This document shows positions 17,671 through 26,769 of a stretch of DNA of 64,000 bases, piece after piece. The stretch spans positions 2,368,001 through 2,432,000 of the forward strand of contig OY759353.1 in assembly GCA_963662315.1 (NCBI GenBank), written 5' to 3'. Every line of letters starts with the position of its first letter. The stretch's first letter is position 1. The position numbers were made by a program, and so were the translations under genes. Below the pieces are notes generated by a model that worked only from the letters and a program-made list of their open reading frames with translations, was not told the origin of the DNA and made no database searches. The DNA is from Geopsychrobacteraceae bacterium. Lineage in GTDB: Bacteria; Desulfobacterota; Desulfuromonadia; Desulfuromonadales; Geopsychrobacteraceae.

Positions 17671-18829
17671 TAATCCTTCAACTCCAAATCTTAAGATTGA
17701 AGAGTGTCTTGAAAACGAATCGACCTTAGTCAAAGAAGCGCGGCGGATTATGGAAGTCTGCAACGCTTGTCGTTATTGTGGTGGCTTTTGTGCGGTTTTC
17801 CCGGCCATGGAAATGCGCCGCTCTTTCTCCAGGGGAGATCTGGAATATCTGTCTAATCTTTGCCATAACTGCACAGGCTGCTTTCACGCCTGTCAGTATG
17901 CACCTCCCCAGGAGTTTGACATTAACAATCCTAAGATTATGGCAGAGTTACGTGCCGAGACCTACGAAAAATATGCCTGGCCAGCGCCACTGGCAGCTCT
18001 ATACCAACGTAATGGCCGTGCAGTAACCTGGATCAGCGTCTTCAGCGTTATCATCGTTTTTCTTTTGACCATGGCGGCTCAAGGACAAAGTGTTTTTTTC
18101 TCCGCCCATACGGGAAGCGGGTCCTTCTATAATATTGTCCCATACAAACTTATGCTGGGCATCCCCATGGTTATCGGTCTGTTCTCTATTCTGGCTATTC
18201 TGGTCGGTGTCTTCCGATTTGCCAAGGGCACCGGATGGGACATGCGTCAACTGCTAGTCCCTCAGAATCTTAAGCAGGCCACCTGGGATGTTCTGGCTCT
18301 TCGTTATCTTGGCGGTTCTGGTGATGGCTGCAACTACGAAGATGATACCTTTAATCACAAGCGGCGCTGGCTCCATCAGGCGATCTTTTACGGGTTTCTG
18401 CTATGCCTGGTCTCAACAACCATTGCCCTTGTCTATGATCACTTCCTGCATTGGCCTGCCCCTTATAGCGTTGGCAGCCTTCCAGTCATTACCGGTACCC
18501 TGGGTGGTTTTTTGCTCATGGGCGGAACAATTGGGATGATCTGGTTAAAAATGAAGCGTGACAAACGCCCGCAGTCAGAGGTCTTGTTGGGAATGGATAC
18601 CATATTTACAATTTTGTTGTTCCTGACCAGCTCAAGTGGAATAGCCTTATTGCTTTGGCGAAACACGGCAGGCATGGGAACCCTCCTGGCGATTCACCTT
18701 GGATTTGTGGCAGGACTGTTTTTAACGCTTCCTTATAGTAAGTTTGTTCATGGCATTTACCGCTTTGCCGCATTGGTCAGATTTGCCGATGAAAGGCGAA
18801 AAAATCCCAATGGTGACGGTATTGTCTAA
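17660..18829 (+). CDS. tcuB: Tricarballylate utilisation 4Fe-4S membrane protein
   Basis: CNACRYCGGFC and CHNCTGCFHACQY clusters, several TM helices, C-terminal PYSKFVHG. ATG 17660 follows AGGAGG and overlaps the tcuA end. Confidence 0.92.
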   Translation: MLLNNPSTPNLKIEECLENESTLVKEARRIMEVCNACRYCGGFCAVFPAMEMRRSFSRGDLEYLSNLCHNCTGCFHACQYAPPQEFDINNPKIMAELRAETYEKYAWPAPLAALYQRNGRAVTWISVFSVIIVFLLTMAAQGQSVFFSAHTGSGSFYNIVPYKLMLGIPMVIGLFSILAILVGVFRFAKGTGWDMRQLLVPQNLKQATWDVLALRYLGGSGDGCNYEDDTFNHKRRWLHQAIFYGFLLCLVSTTIALVYDHFLHWPAPYSVGSLPVITGTLGGFLLMGGTIGMIWLKMKRDKRPQSEVLLGMDTIFTILLFLTSSSGIALLLWRNTAGMGTLLAIHLGFVAGLFLTLPYSKFVHGIYRFAALVRFADERRKNPNGDGIV

Positions 18830-19164
18830 TTTTATTTCGCATAAATTTACCAAACCATCTTAACAAAACGCCAATCAAGCCTCCGTCGTAATAATTAGAT
18901 GGGGGCTTGATTCGTCAATTTAGCTTTTCAAGAAAAACAGCTAGAAGCGACAGCTATTCTGTCACAACGGAAAAATTAAATATTTACCGTTGAATGAAAA
19001 TTTCAAACAGCTCAGTTATTTACCAAATTCAGGCAGTTTCACATCCATATCCGCACTCGAAGGGGAAACTTTTTGACCTTATGCGTCAGGTCAGATCTAG
19101 ATTTTACAAATCAGAATCGGACCAATGAATGCTACAGAGAATCCCTGCAATAATGGAGGAGATA

Positions 19165-21708
19165 ATGATCGAAAATTATTTAAGACATGAAGAAGAACGG
19201 AAGGCACAAGGAATTCCTGCCTTGCCATTAAGTCCTGAGCAAACAGCTGAACTATGCGAACTGTTGGTCAACCCGCCAGCCGGAAAAGAGGACTTTCTGT
19301 TGACGTTATTGACTCAGCGCGTGCCCCCTGGCGTCGACCCTGCCGCGGAAGTAAAAGCCGATTTCCTGGCGGCAATCATTGCCGGAAGCAAAGTCTCTCC
19401 TGTGATCGATTCCATTAAGGCCGTTGAAATACTCGGGACTATGGTTGGCGGCTATAACATCCAACCACTTATCTCCGCTCTTGACGACACATCCTTGGCT
19501 GACAGAGCAGCTAAGGCGCTAGCGAAGCTGATTTACGTTTATGATGCCAAAGATCAGATTATTGAAAAAGCTGAACATAATGGGGCGGCCAAAAAAGTTG
19601 TCGCAAGCTGGGCTGCGGCAGAGTGGTTTGAAGAAAAGGTCGGAATCCCAGAAATCATAACCGTCAAGGTTTTCAAGGTTGAGGGGGAGACCAACACCGA
19701 CGATTTATCTCCTGCTGGAGATGCCTGGAGCCGGTCAGATATCCCACTTCATGCTTTGGCCATGGGAAAAACCCGCTTCCCTGGTGGTATCGAGACCATG
19801 GCCAAATGGCGTGCTGAAGGGCACAAGGTCGCTTTTGTTGGTGATGTAGTGGGTACCGGTTCTTCGCGGAAGTCCGCCTGCAACAGTGTGCTCTGGCATA
19901 TCGGAGAAGACATCCCTTACGTTCCCAACAAGCGCCGCGGCGGTGTTATTATTGGCGGTGCCATTGCCCCGATTTTCTTCAATACCGCTCAGGACTCGGG
20001 AGCCTTGCCCCTTATTATGGATGTTTCTCGGTTGAATATGGGCGATACCATCTCCATCGATACCGTCAGGGGCGAAGTCAGAAACGATGCGCTTGAAGTT
20101 CTCGCGACGTTCGACATTAAACCGAATACGGTTCCTGATGAATATCGTGCCGGTGGCAGGATTCCACTGATTATCGGTCGTGCAGTAACCACAGCCGCCC
20201 GGGAAAGGTTGGGGTTGGGAGAAACCACCATATTTGCCAAGCCGAAAAACCCGACAGCGAAACCCGGACAGGGCTATAGCCTTGCACAGAAAATAGTCGG
20301 GAAAGCCTGTGGTGTTGAAGGGGTGCTTCCTGGGACTGCATGCGAGCCAAAAATGACGACTGTTGGTTCACAGGACACCACCGGTCCGATGACATCCGAC
20401 GAATTGAAAGAACTGGCCTGTCTGAAATTTCAGACGCCAATGTTTATGCAGTCCTTCTGCCATACTGCCGCGTACCCAAAACCAGCCGACGTAAAAGTTC
20501 ACAACAATCTGCCCAAATTCATTTCTGAGCGTGGAGGGGTTGTATTGCGACCGGGTGACGGCGTTATTCATAGTTGGCTGAATCGCCTGCTGGTTCCGGA
20601 TACCGTTGGCACCGGTGGTGATTCTCATACCCGCTTCCCGATCGGCATCAGCTTTCCTGCAGGTTCGGGCCTTGTCGCCTTTGCTGGAGCCCTTGGCTTT
20701 ATGCCTCTCGATATGCCTGAGTCAGTGTTGGTTCGTTTTAAAGGCGAGTTGAACGAAGGAATCACTCTACGTGATGTTGTTAACGCCATTCCGCTCTGGG
20801 CGATCAAGCAGGGACTGTTAACCGTTCCCAAAAAGAACAAAAAGAATATCTTTAACGGTCGTATCCTGGAGATGGAAGGCCTGCCTAACCTTTCCGTTGA
20901 GCAAGCTTTTGAGCTCACCGACGCCGCTGCGGAACGATCGGCAGCGGCTGGTTGTATCTCCTTATCCAAAGAGACCATCTGCACTTATCTACGTTCCAAT
21001 ATTGCACTGATGGAAAAGATGATTGCTGATGGCTATGAGCATGCGGAGACACTACACAAACGGATTGATGATGTGAAAGCTTGGCTCGCCGGCCCCCAAC
21101 TGCTGAAAGCCGACCACAATGCCGAGTATGCCGCAGTCATCGAGATCGACCTAGCGGAAATTACCGAACCAATTCTGGCATGCCCGAACGACCCGGATGA
21201 TGTCAAACTGCTATCCGAGGTGGCCGGTACGGCAATTCAGGATGTTTTTCTGGGATCTTGCATGACCAATATCGGTCATTTCCGTGCTGCGGCGGAAATT
21301 TGGAGGGGCGAGAAATCTAATACTGCAGTCCGAACATGGGTCTGTCCACCGACAAGAATGGATCAGGCCCAGCTCAAGAAAGAGGCTGTGTTTTCAGTGT
21401 TCTGTGACAAAGGGGCGCGGATAGAGAGCGCCGGCTGCTCGCTTTGCATGGGGAACCAAGCCCGGGTTCCAGATGGTGTAAACATGTTTTCGACCAGTAC
21501 ACGAAATTTTGACAACCGGATCGGAAATGGAGCCCAGATATATCTCGGATCTGCCGAATTGGGTGCGGTGATTTCTAATAGCGGCAAATTGCCAACCCCA
21601 GAAGAATACCTAACAGCGTACAAAGATAGAATTTCCCCTAATAAGGATTCAATCTATCGTTATCTGCAGTTCGATGAGATGGAAGACTTCACGCAAGAGA
21701 TCCATTAA
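19165..21708 (+). CDS. acnB: Aconitate hydratase B
   Basis: Motifs RVPPGVD, GETNTDDLSPA, VGTGSSRKSA, VGSQDTTGPMT, GGDSHTRFP, LACPNDPDD, GSCMTN, GCSLCMGNQ. Confidence 0.97.
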   Translation: MIENYLRHEEERKAQGIPALPLSPEQTAELCELLVNPPAGKEDFLLTLLTQRVPPGVDPAAEVKADFLAAIIAGSKVSPVIDSIKAVEILGTMVGGYNIQPLISALDDTSLADRAAKALAKLIYVYDAKDQIIEKAEHNGAAKKVVASWAAAEWFEEKVGIPEIITVKVFKVEGETNTDDLSPAGDAWSRSDIPLHALAMGKTRFPGGIETMAKWRAEGHKVAFVGDVVGTGSSRKSACNSVLWHIGEDIPYVPNKRRGGVIIGGAIAPIFFNTAQDSGALPLIMDVSRLNMGDTISIDTVRGEVRNDALEVLATFDIKPNTVPDEYRAGGRIPLIIGRAVTTAARERLGLGETTIFAKPKNPTAKPGQGYSLAQKIVGKACGVEGVLPGTACEPKMTTVGSQDTTGPMTSDELKELACLKFQTPMFMQSFCHTAAYPKPADVKVHNNLPKFISERGGVVLRPGDGVIHSWLNRLLVPDTVGTGGDSHTRFPIGISFPAGSGLVAFAGALGFMPLDMPESVLVRFKGELNEGITLRDVVNAIPLWAIKQGLLTVPKKNKKNIFNGRILEMEGLPNLSVEQAFELTDAAAERSAAAGCISLSKETICTYLRSNIALMEKMIADGYEHAETLHKRIDDVKAWLAGPQLLKADHNAEYAAVIEIDLAEITEPILACPNDPDDVKLLSEVAGTAIQDVFLGSCMTNIGHFRAAAEIWRGEKSNTAVRTWVCPPTRMDQAQLKKEAVFSVFCDKGARIESAGCSLCMGNQARVPDGVNMFSTSTRNFDNRIGNGAQIYLGSAELGAVISNSGKLPTPEEYLTAYKDRISPNKDSIYRYLQFDEMEDFTQEIH

Positions 21709-21736
21709 CTGCTAAATATCTTTAGTTCAAAATCTG

Positions 21737-21766
21737 GGATAGGGCAGCATTGACGCTGCCCTATCC
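21737..21766. terminator. Bidirectional terminator between acnB and the TCS operon
   Basis: GGATAGGGCAGC-attgac-GCTGCCCTATCC. Confidence 0.75.
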
Positions 21767-21796
21767 TTGTTTGGCCTATAGTGTAAACCTAAAGTC

Positions 21797-22777
21797 CTAT
21801 TCCTTGACAAAGTTCTGGTAGTATTCAAACTGTTGGCGAAGGAACTGAGCAAACTGTTCAGGCCCCTTAAAATCAGAGGACTGGTTTAAAAAATCGCCCC
21901 CCAGTTCTTTTTGATATGTTGTACTGTTTGCAACATAGCGAATCTGGTCCGCCAGATAATCGCGGATATGATTGGGGGTTTCTTTATGAACAACAAAGCC
22001 CCGCCAGGATTTTGTCGTTATTTGATAACCCAGCTCTACAGATGAAGGGATGGTTCTGAGTTCTTCAGGATTCTCAAGCTTGGCCTCGTTAAAGACCATA
22101 AGCGGCTTGAGACGCCCCGAGCGAATGTATTTGATGGAGGAAATCAGCTTACCCAAATAGAGGTCAACTTCTCCAGAAAGAAGAGCGGCCCGGATCGCTT
22201 GACTCGATTGATAGGGAACAAATTTGAGTTTCTTACTCGTTTCTTGAGCCAATAAAGACAAGGTGATCTCGTCGAGACCATGGGGACTCACCCCCGCCAC
22301 AGAAAACTCACGCGCAGAAGAGGTATCCAGAAATTCGGCCAGGCTTAAGGCTTCAGGCGAATTGTTCACAAAGAGAACATAATAGTCGTTCTGAACCAGG
22401 GCAAGGGGTTTAAAAGTGTCCATCAGCCCCAATTCCGGACTTCGTTTTAATACGTCTGCAATAATATGACTTGGCGTTATTTCAAGAATTGTGTAGCCAT
22501 CAGCAGGCAGGCTGGCAGCATATAACATACCCTGCAACCCACCGGAACCACTCTTGTTCAGAGGAACAACCTTGACCGGCAATTGCGCTGACAACAAAGC
22601 CGAAAACTCCCGGCCAAAAACATCACTTGCATTTCCCCGGCCGAAAGGAATGATCATACTGATCTCCCTCTCCGGGAAATCAATACCGGTCCCTATAGCA
22701 CCATTCTGATAATCAGACGAGGTACAGGCAGAAATACTGATAAAACATAGAATGATCAGTAAAAATCGCGTCTTCAT
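21797..22777 (-). CDS. TctC/Bug-family binding lipoprotein coupled to the two-component system
   Basis: Starts MKTRFLL with an ATGA overlap on the response-regulator stop. Lipobox ISISAC. Motifs IPFGRGNASD and PADGYTILEITPS. Confidence 0.85.
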   Translation of the reverse strand: MKTRFLLIILCFISISACTSSDYQNGAIGTGIDFPEREISMIIPFGRGNASDVFGREFSALLSAQLPVKVVPLNKSGSGGLQGMLYAASLPADGYTILEITPSHIIADVLKRSPELGLMDTFKPLALVQNDYYVLFVNNSPEALSLAEFLDTSSAREFSVAGVSPHGLDEITLSLLAQETSKKLKFVPYQSSQAIRAALLSGEVDLYLGKLISSIKYIRSGRLKPLMVFNEAKLENPEELRTIPSSVELGYQITTKSWRGFVVHKETPNHIRDYLADQIRYVANSTTYQKELGGDFLNQSSDFKGPEQFAQFLRQQFEYYQNFVKE

Positions 22778-23475
22778 TGCTTGATTTTTTTGCTGATGTA
22801 CTTTCGCTCCGGCCGGCCTATCGTCCCATACTCCAACTTTATCTGCAGATGCCCAATAGCTAATAGATACTCGCAATATTTTCTTGCTGTTGTGCGTGCC
22901 AGGCCAGCGAGATCGCCAATATCTGCCGCGCTCATCCCAACGGATGGAGCCTTCTCAAAAGCACAGACAACATCTTTTAAAGTAATCGGGTCAATCCCTT
23001 TCGGGAGATTCCTTTTCTCTTCGTCATTAATCGTCAGGGCTTTCTCTCGAAAGAGATCATCAACAAAATCCTGGTCGACCGTTTTGACCGCATTTCTTTT
23101 TTTAAAATAATTTTCATACTTTTGCAAAGACCCCCTGAAGCGATCCATAAAGACAGGCTTAATAATATAATCGAAAACCCCACCTTTTAGAGCATTGTTC
23201 AAGTTTTCAATATCTTTTGCAGCCGTAATCAAAATAACATCAACCGTTGAGTGTTCCTGGCGTAACTCATAAAGGAGGTCCATACCATTTCCTTCTGGAA
23301 AAAAAAGGTCCAGCAAAATGAGATCAGGACTGAGAATTTCAACCATTTCCTTACCGGTTTTTATAGAATTGGCGACACCTACGAGCTCAAAGTTCTCTAC
23401 TTCTAAAAGAAATTTTGCGTGAACTTTGGATATCCGAGCATCGTCTTCGATAATCAACACGCTAATAGGGATCAT
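22774..23475 (-). CDS. CitB/DpiA/DcuR-family response regulator
   Basis: Motifs IIEDD, LLDLFFP, DYIIKP, LPKGIDPITL, ARTTARKYCEYL, YGTIGRP. Confidence 0.92.
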   Translation of the reverse strand: MIPISVLIIEDDARISKVHAKFLLEVENFELVGVANSIKTGKEMVEILSPDLILLDLFFPEGNGMDLLYELRQEHSTVDVILITAAKDIENLNNALKGGVFDYIIKPVFMDRFRGSLQKYENYFKKRNAVKTVDQDFVDDLFREKALTINDEEKRNLPKGIDPITLKDVVCAFEKAPSVGMSAADIGDLAGLARTTARKYCEYLLAIGHLQIKLEYGTIGRPERKYISKKIKQ

Positions 23476-25103
23476 GACTGACTCTCACTCAATGTAGGAA
23501 TAATGACAACGAACCTGGCTCCACCTAATTCGCTTTTTTCGATACTGACCGATCCCTTCATATCAAGCAAGGCCTGCCTGACAAGAAATAACCCCACGCC
23601 ATTATCGGCCGATTGCTTGGTCGACACCCCTCTTTCGAATATTTTCTCGACCATCGCTTCAGGGACACCGGGCCCGCTATCTTCAACTTCGAAAATCAAA
23701 TCTCCAAAATCTGACATACTAAGAGTAACCTTTGGTTGTCTTGTAGAAAGCTTACATGCCTCAAAGGCGTTTTCGATCAGATTGCCTAATATGGTTAAAA
23801 GGTAATGCCTACTGACGGAAGGTGGAATATTCCTCATGCTGCTTTCCGGATCTACGCTAAAATCGATCCTCAATTCTTTTGCATGCATATACTTTCCGAT
23901 CAGCAACGACCGCAAGGTGGGCTCTTCGACGGTCTCTGTCATGGTCCGAACCATGACCTTATGATCTACAGTCTCGCTTGCTATAAAGTCAAGAACATCA
24001 TCGTAGTCTTTCGTTTGAATCATCCCGGCGATCGCATGTAATCTGTTGGCGTATTCATGAGTTTGGGCCCGAAGAATTTCTGAATAGCGTGTTGTCTGGC
24101 TCAGCTCTCGGGTCAAAAAATCAATTTCATCTTTTTGCCTGAAGGTCACCACAACTCCCTGATTAATATTTTCATAATCGAGTGGAACCATATTGCAATA
24201 CATATCGATACCCTGAACTGTTTCTTCAGCATCATAGATACTGACCCCCATGCGCAATGCTTGAACAGCCAGTTCTACCGGAAAAAATTTCTCGATGGAG
24301 GCCCCGGCAAGTTCATTTTTGGTAAGTCCCAGCATTTCTTCAGCCTTACTGTTGGAAAGGTGAATTTTGCCATGAGCATCAGTCGCAAGCACCCCTGCCC
24401 GAATAGATTCGATAATTGCAGTCCTGGCCTGAAAAAGGCTTGCTATCTCTTGAGGTTCGAGCCCGAAAATAGCATTTTTAACCCCACGTGCAATCACAAT
24501 AGAGGCCCCGAGGCCAACGATAATAAATAGAAAAAGATAAAAAATATTGCGCTCAAAATAGCCACGGGTAATCAAAATCGTATTGTTAATCGGAAAACCA
24601 ACAACAACGACCCCCGTGATCTCGTTTAATTCATTATGAATTGGAGAAATTCCAGTTATAAACCTCTCAGAATCAATACTAAAGCGATAAACATAGGATT
24701 GGCCTTTTTCTAAACTCAAATCCATATATGGATTTTCATAATGATTAATATTTTTATCTGACTTACTTTTAACTAATAAATTCGTATTTTTATCTAAAAT
24801 ATAAATAAAACTGGCATTAGTATTTATAGAAATATCAGTTATAAGTGACTCAATTTCATATAAAGACAATCGATCTTCATGAGAAGAAATGTTTTTTATC
24901 TGCGGCAGGGAAGAAATGTTTTTTGCAGATTGAATTGCTGTTTTCTCAGTTTGATTTTGAATAAAATTGAAAATCATATTAGAGAAGACAATACTAACAC
25001 TTACCAATAAAAATATAATTAGAGACAAAACAACAATAATTACACTATCAAGAAGTTTCATATTTGAAAAAAATATTGGAACACTAATATTTATTTTTTT
25101 CAT
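23472..25103 (-). CDS. CitA/DcuS-family sensor histidine kinase
   Basis: Two TM helices, FGLEPQEI, PAS, H-box LRAQTHEYANRLH, GNLIENA, EDSGPG, GVSTK, GVGL. Confidence 0.92.
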   Translation of the reverse strand: MKKINISVPIFFSNMKLLDSVIIVVLSLIIFLLVSVSIVFSNMIFNFIQNQTEKTAIQSAKNISSLPQIKNISSHEDRLSLYEIESLITDISINTNASFIYILDKNTNLLVKSKSDKNINHYENPYMDLSLEKGQSYVYRFSIDSERFITGISPIHNELNEITGVVVVGFPINNTILITRGYFERNIFYLFLFIIVGLGASIVIARGVKNAIFGLEPQEIASLFQARTAIIESIRAGVLATDAHGKIHLSNSKAEEMLGLTKNELAGASIEKFFPVELAVQALRMGVSIYDAEETVQGIDMYCNMVPLDYENINQGVVVTFRQKDEIDFLTRELSQTTRYSEILRAQTHEYANRLHAIAGMIQTKDYDDVLDFIASETVDHKVMVRTMTETVEEPTLRSLLIGKYMHAKELRIDFSVDPESSMRNIPPSVSRHYLLTILGNLIENAFEACKLSTRQPKVTLSMSDFGDLIFEVEDSGPGVPEAMVEKIFERGVSTKQSADNGVGLFLVRQALLDMKGSVSIEKSELGGARFVVIIPTLSESQS

Positions 25104-25160
25104 CCTATACGCAATCTCGATCAAACTCGAAGGCAACCAGCTAAAAAATAACTAATCTTA

Positions 25161-25190
25161 TTGACACAAAGCTAAAGGCCTACCTATAAT
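25161..25190 (+). promoter_or_regulatory. Consensus sigma70 promoter for tctB'-tctA'
   Basis: TTGACA-N18-TATAAT, 35 bp upstream of ATG 25225. Confidence 0.75.
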
Positions 25191-25224
25191 TTATTAAAAT
25201 TCTCAAAAACAAAGCGACCCCCAG

Positions 25225-25476
25225 ATGAAAGCTATTTACAAATCAGAAAGATCAACTCTCTATTTGATGCTGTCATATCCAGCTGTCATGGCGCTCATAG
25301 GTTACCTCCCGGCAACTTCTTTGTTTCTCTTTCTTATGGCCAGAAGCAATGAACAAAGTTTGTCCTACTCGCTGATTTTCGGTTTACTAACTGCGACTTC
25401 CGCTTATGCATTATTGTTTTTCCTGCTTGGCAAATCTTTGCCCCTTGGACTTTGCATTCACCTTTTAGAGCACTGA
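25225..25476 (+). CDS. Truncated TctB-like membrane protein
   Basis: SYPAVMALIGYLPATSLFL...LLGKSLPLG aligns by eye with the C-terminal half of TctB 28268-28753 (SYVALLNYLGFCISTLLYL...VFYVPLPRG). Confidence 0.65.
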   Translation: MKAIYKSERSTLYLMLSYPAVMALIGYLPATSLFLFLMARSNEQSLSYSLIFGLLTATSAYALLFFLLGKSLPLGLCIHLLEH

Positions 25477-25483
25477 CCATTTC

Positions 25484-26692
25484 ATGGACTGGCCCTTGGC
25501 ACATATAGACCTCATCAGGTTAGTCGTTTTTTCTGGCGCCGGAATCTGTGCGGCAGGCCTATTTACTCTTCTGCCAAATACCAACATTGCTGCAGTCATC
25601 ACTCTTTGCTTTTATGTGCAAATTTTCATCGGATTCCCTCCTGGTGACTTCGCTCTGCCATTCTGCACTGCCGCCACCACTGCATTGATCATCAACTGCA
25701 GGGGCAATACTTACAAGAAAACCGATTTTTCTACCAAGCAGAACCGTCTGCTCCTGCTGTTTTCCGTTCTAGCATCTTTTTTAATTATTGTCTTTAGACA
25801 CAACATCTCAGAGTGCGTTATTTTTTTTAAAACCAGCGGCCTTCTGCTTACGATCGTTCTGGTTTTGGCCATCAATGTTCTTATGTCATCGACAACTGTT
25901 CTAAAAGCAATAGCTGCCCTTTTTATCGGTCTATCGGCAGCAATCTTTGGCCCACTGCTGGCCATTGAACTCCCCTTCGCCCCTTGGAACACCATCAATC
26001 TGAATGAGGGCAAGAACCTTGTAGCCGTATTAACAGCCGCTTTTATTCTCCCGCCCATATTAGCACCCCTCATTGTAGCACACGCGCCCCCTTCACGCCC
26101 CCAGGCAAAGCTAAAAACGCTGGAGTTCCTGGCCATTCTGTTTCTGATTGTCACCGGTATAGGCATATCCCCTTTCAGCATTGTCATGCTAGCCATCCTT
26201 AACAGTGAAAATGTTAATTTTGGCGCTATGACAACCTATGAAAGCCCGGAAATTACTTTTTCAATTATTACTGGTACAATTATTGCCGTCATAAGCTCTT
26301 TTATACTTAAAAATAAGCACCGTTTATTAGTAGAATCTTTAAGAAAAAGATCCACAACTAACAACATTCAATGGATCTACATATCTATCATATTTATTAT
26401 ATTCTCATCTGCCGTAATATCCTCTGACCTTGGCATTGAAATTATATATTTATCTATTTTTATTGGTCTATTTTTTACTGTAGTAAAAACCAAAGGTTAC
26501 CCAATAAGTTTATTTTTAATTGGTTTTATCTATGGCAACAAAATCGTCTATATGATCGATATAATTTCAAAAACAGAATCTTCATTACCTATTAAATATG
26601 TTTTTATATTTTTATTCATTTTATTTGCGGTACTACTCTTCAGACTATTAATTCATCGAAGGAATTTTACTGGAAATATCTTTCATAAATAA
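25484..26692 (+). CDS. Highly divergent TctA-like membrane protein
   Basis: Collinear remnants of TctA: LPNTNIAAVITLC~LPGLSSSMAIILC, LNEGKNLVAVLTAAF~LLNGINYISVMIGAF, GIGISP~GIPGSP, KGYPISLFLIGFIYG~FKYSSAALILGLILG. Lacks the signature Gly-rich loops. Confidence 0.65.
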   Translation: MDWPLAHIDLIRLVVFSGAGICAAGLFTLLPNTNIAAVITLCFYVQIFIGFPPGDFALPFCTAATTALIINCRGNTYKKTDFSTKQNRLLLLFSVLASFLIIVFRHNISECVIFFKTSGLLLTIVLVLAINVLMSSTTVLKAIAALFIGLSAAIFGPLLAIELPFAPWNTINLNEGKNLVAVLTAAFILPPILAPLIVAHAPPSRPQAKLKTLEFLAILFLIVTGIGISPFSIVMLAILNSENVNFGAMTTYESPEITFSIITGTIIAVISSFILKNKHRLLVESLRKRSTTNNIQWIYISIIFIIFSSAVISSDLGIEIIYLSIFIGLFFTVVKTKGYPISLFLIGFIYGNKIVYMIDIISKTESSLPIKYVFIFLFILFAVLLFRLLIHRRNFTGNIFHK

Positions 26693-26707
26693 TATTTTCA
26701 ATAAAAA

Positions 26708-26742
26708 AAGGTTGCTCATTTCAAAGAGAAAAGAGCAACCTT
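26708..26742. terminator. Bidirectional terminator between convergent tctA' and tctA
   Basis: AAGGTTGCTC...GAGCAACCTT with a flanking A-run. Confidence 0.65.
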
Positions 26743-26769
26743 CAAATATTTTACCTATTTCCATCAGTT

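Noticed and set aside
16279..18829. Alternative call as CobZ (precorrin-3B synthase)
   Set aside because: Split TcuA/TcuB form, no cobalamin genes nearby, and neighbours are aconitase and tricarboxylate transporters.
19074..19093. TGACCT-N8-AGGTCA palindrome upstream of acnB
   Set aside because: A single 6-bp-arm palindrome that cannot be distinguished from chance without comparison.
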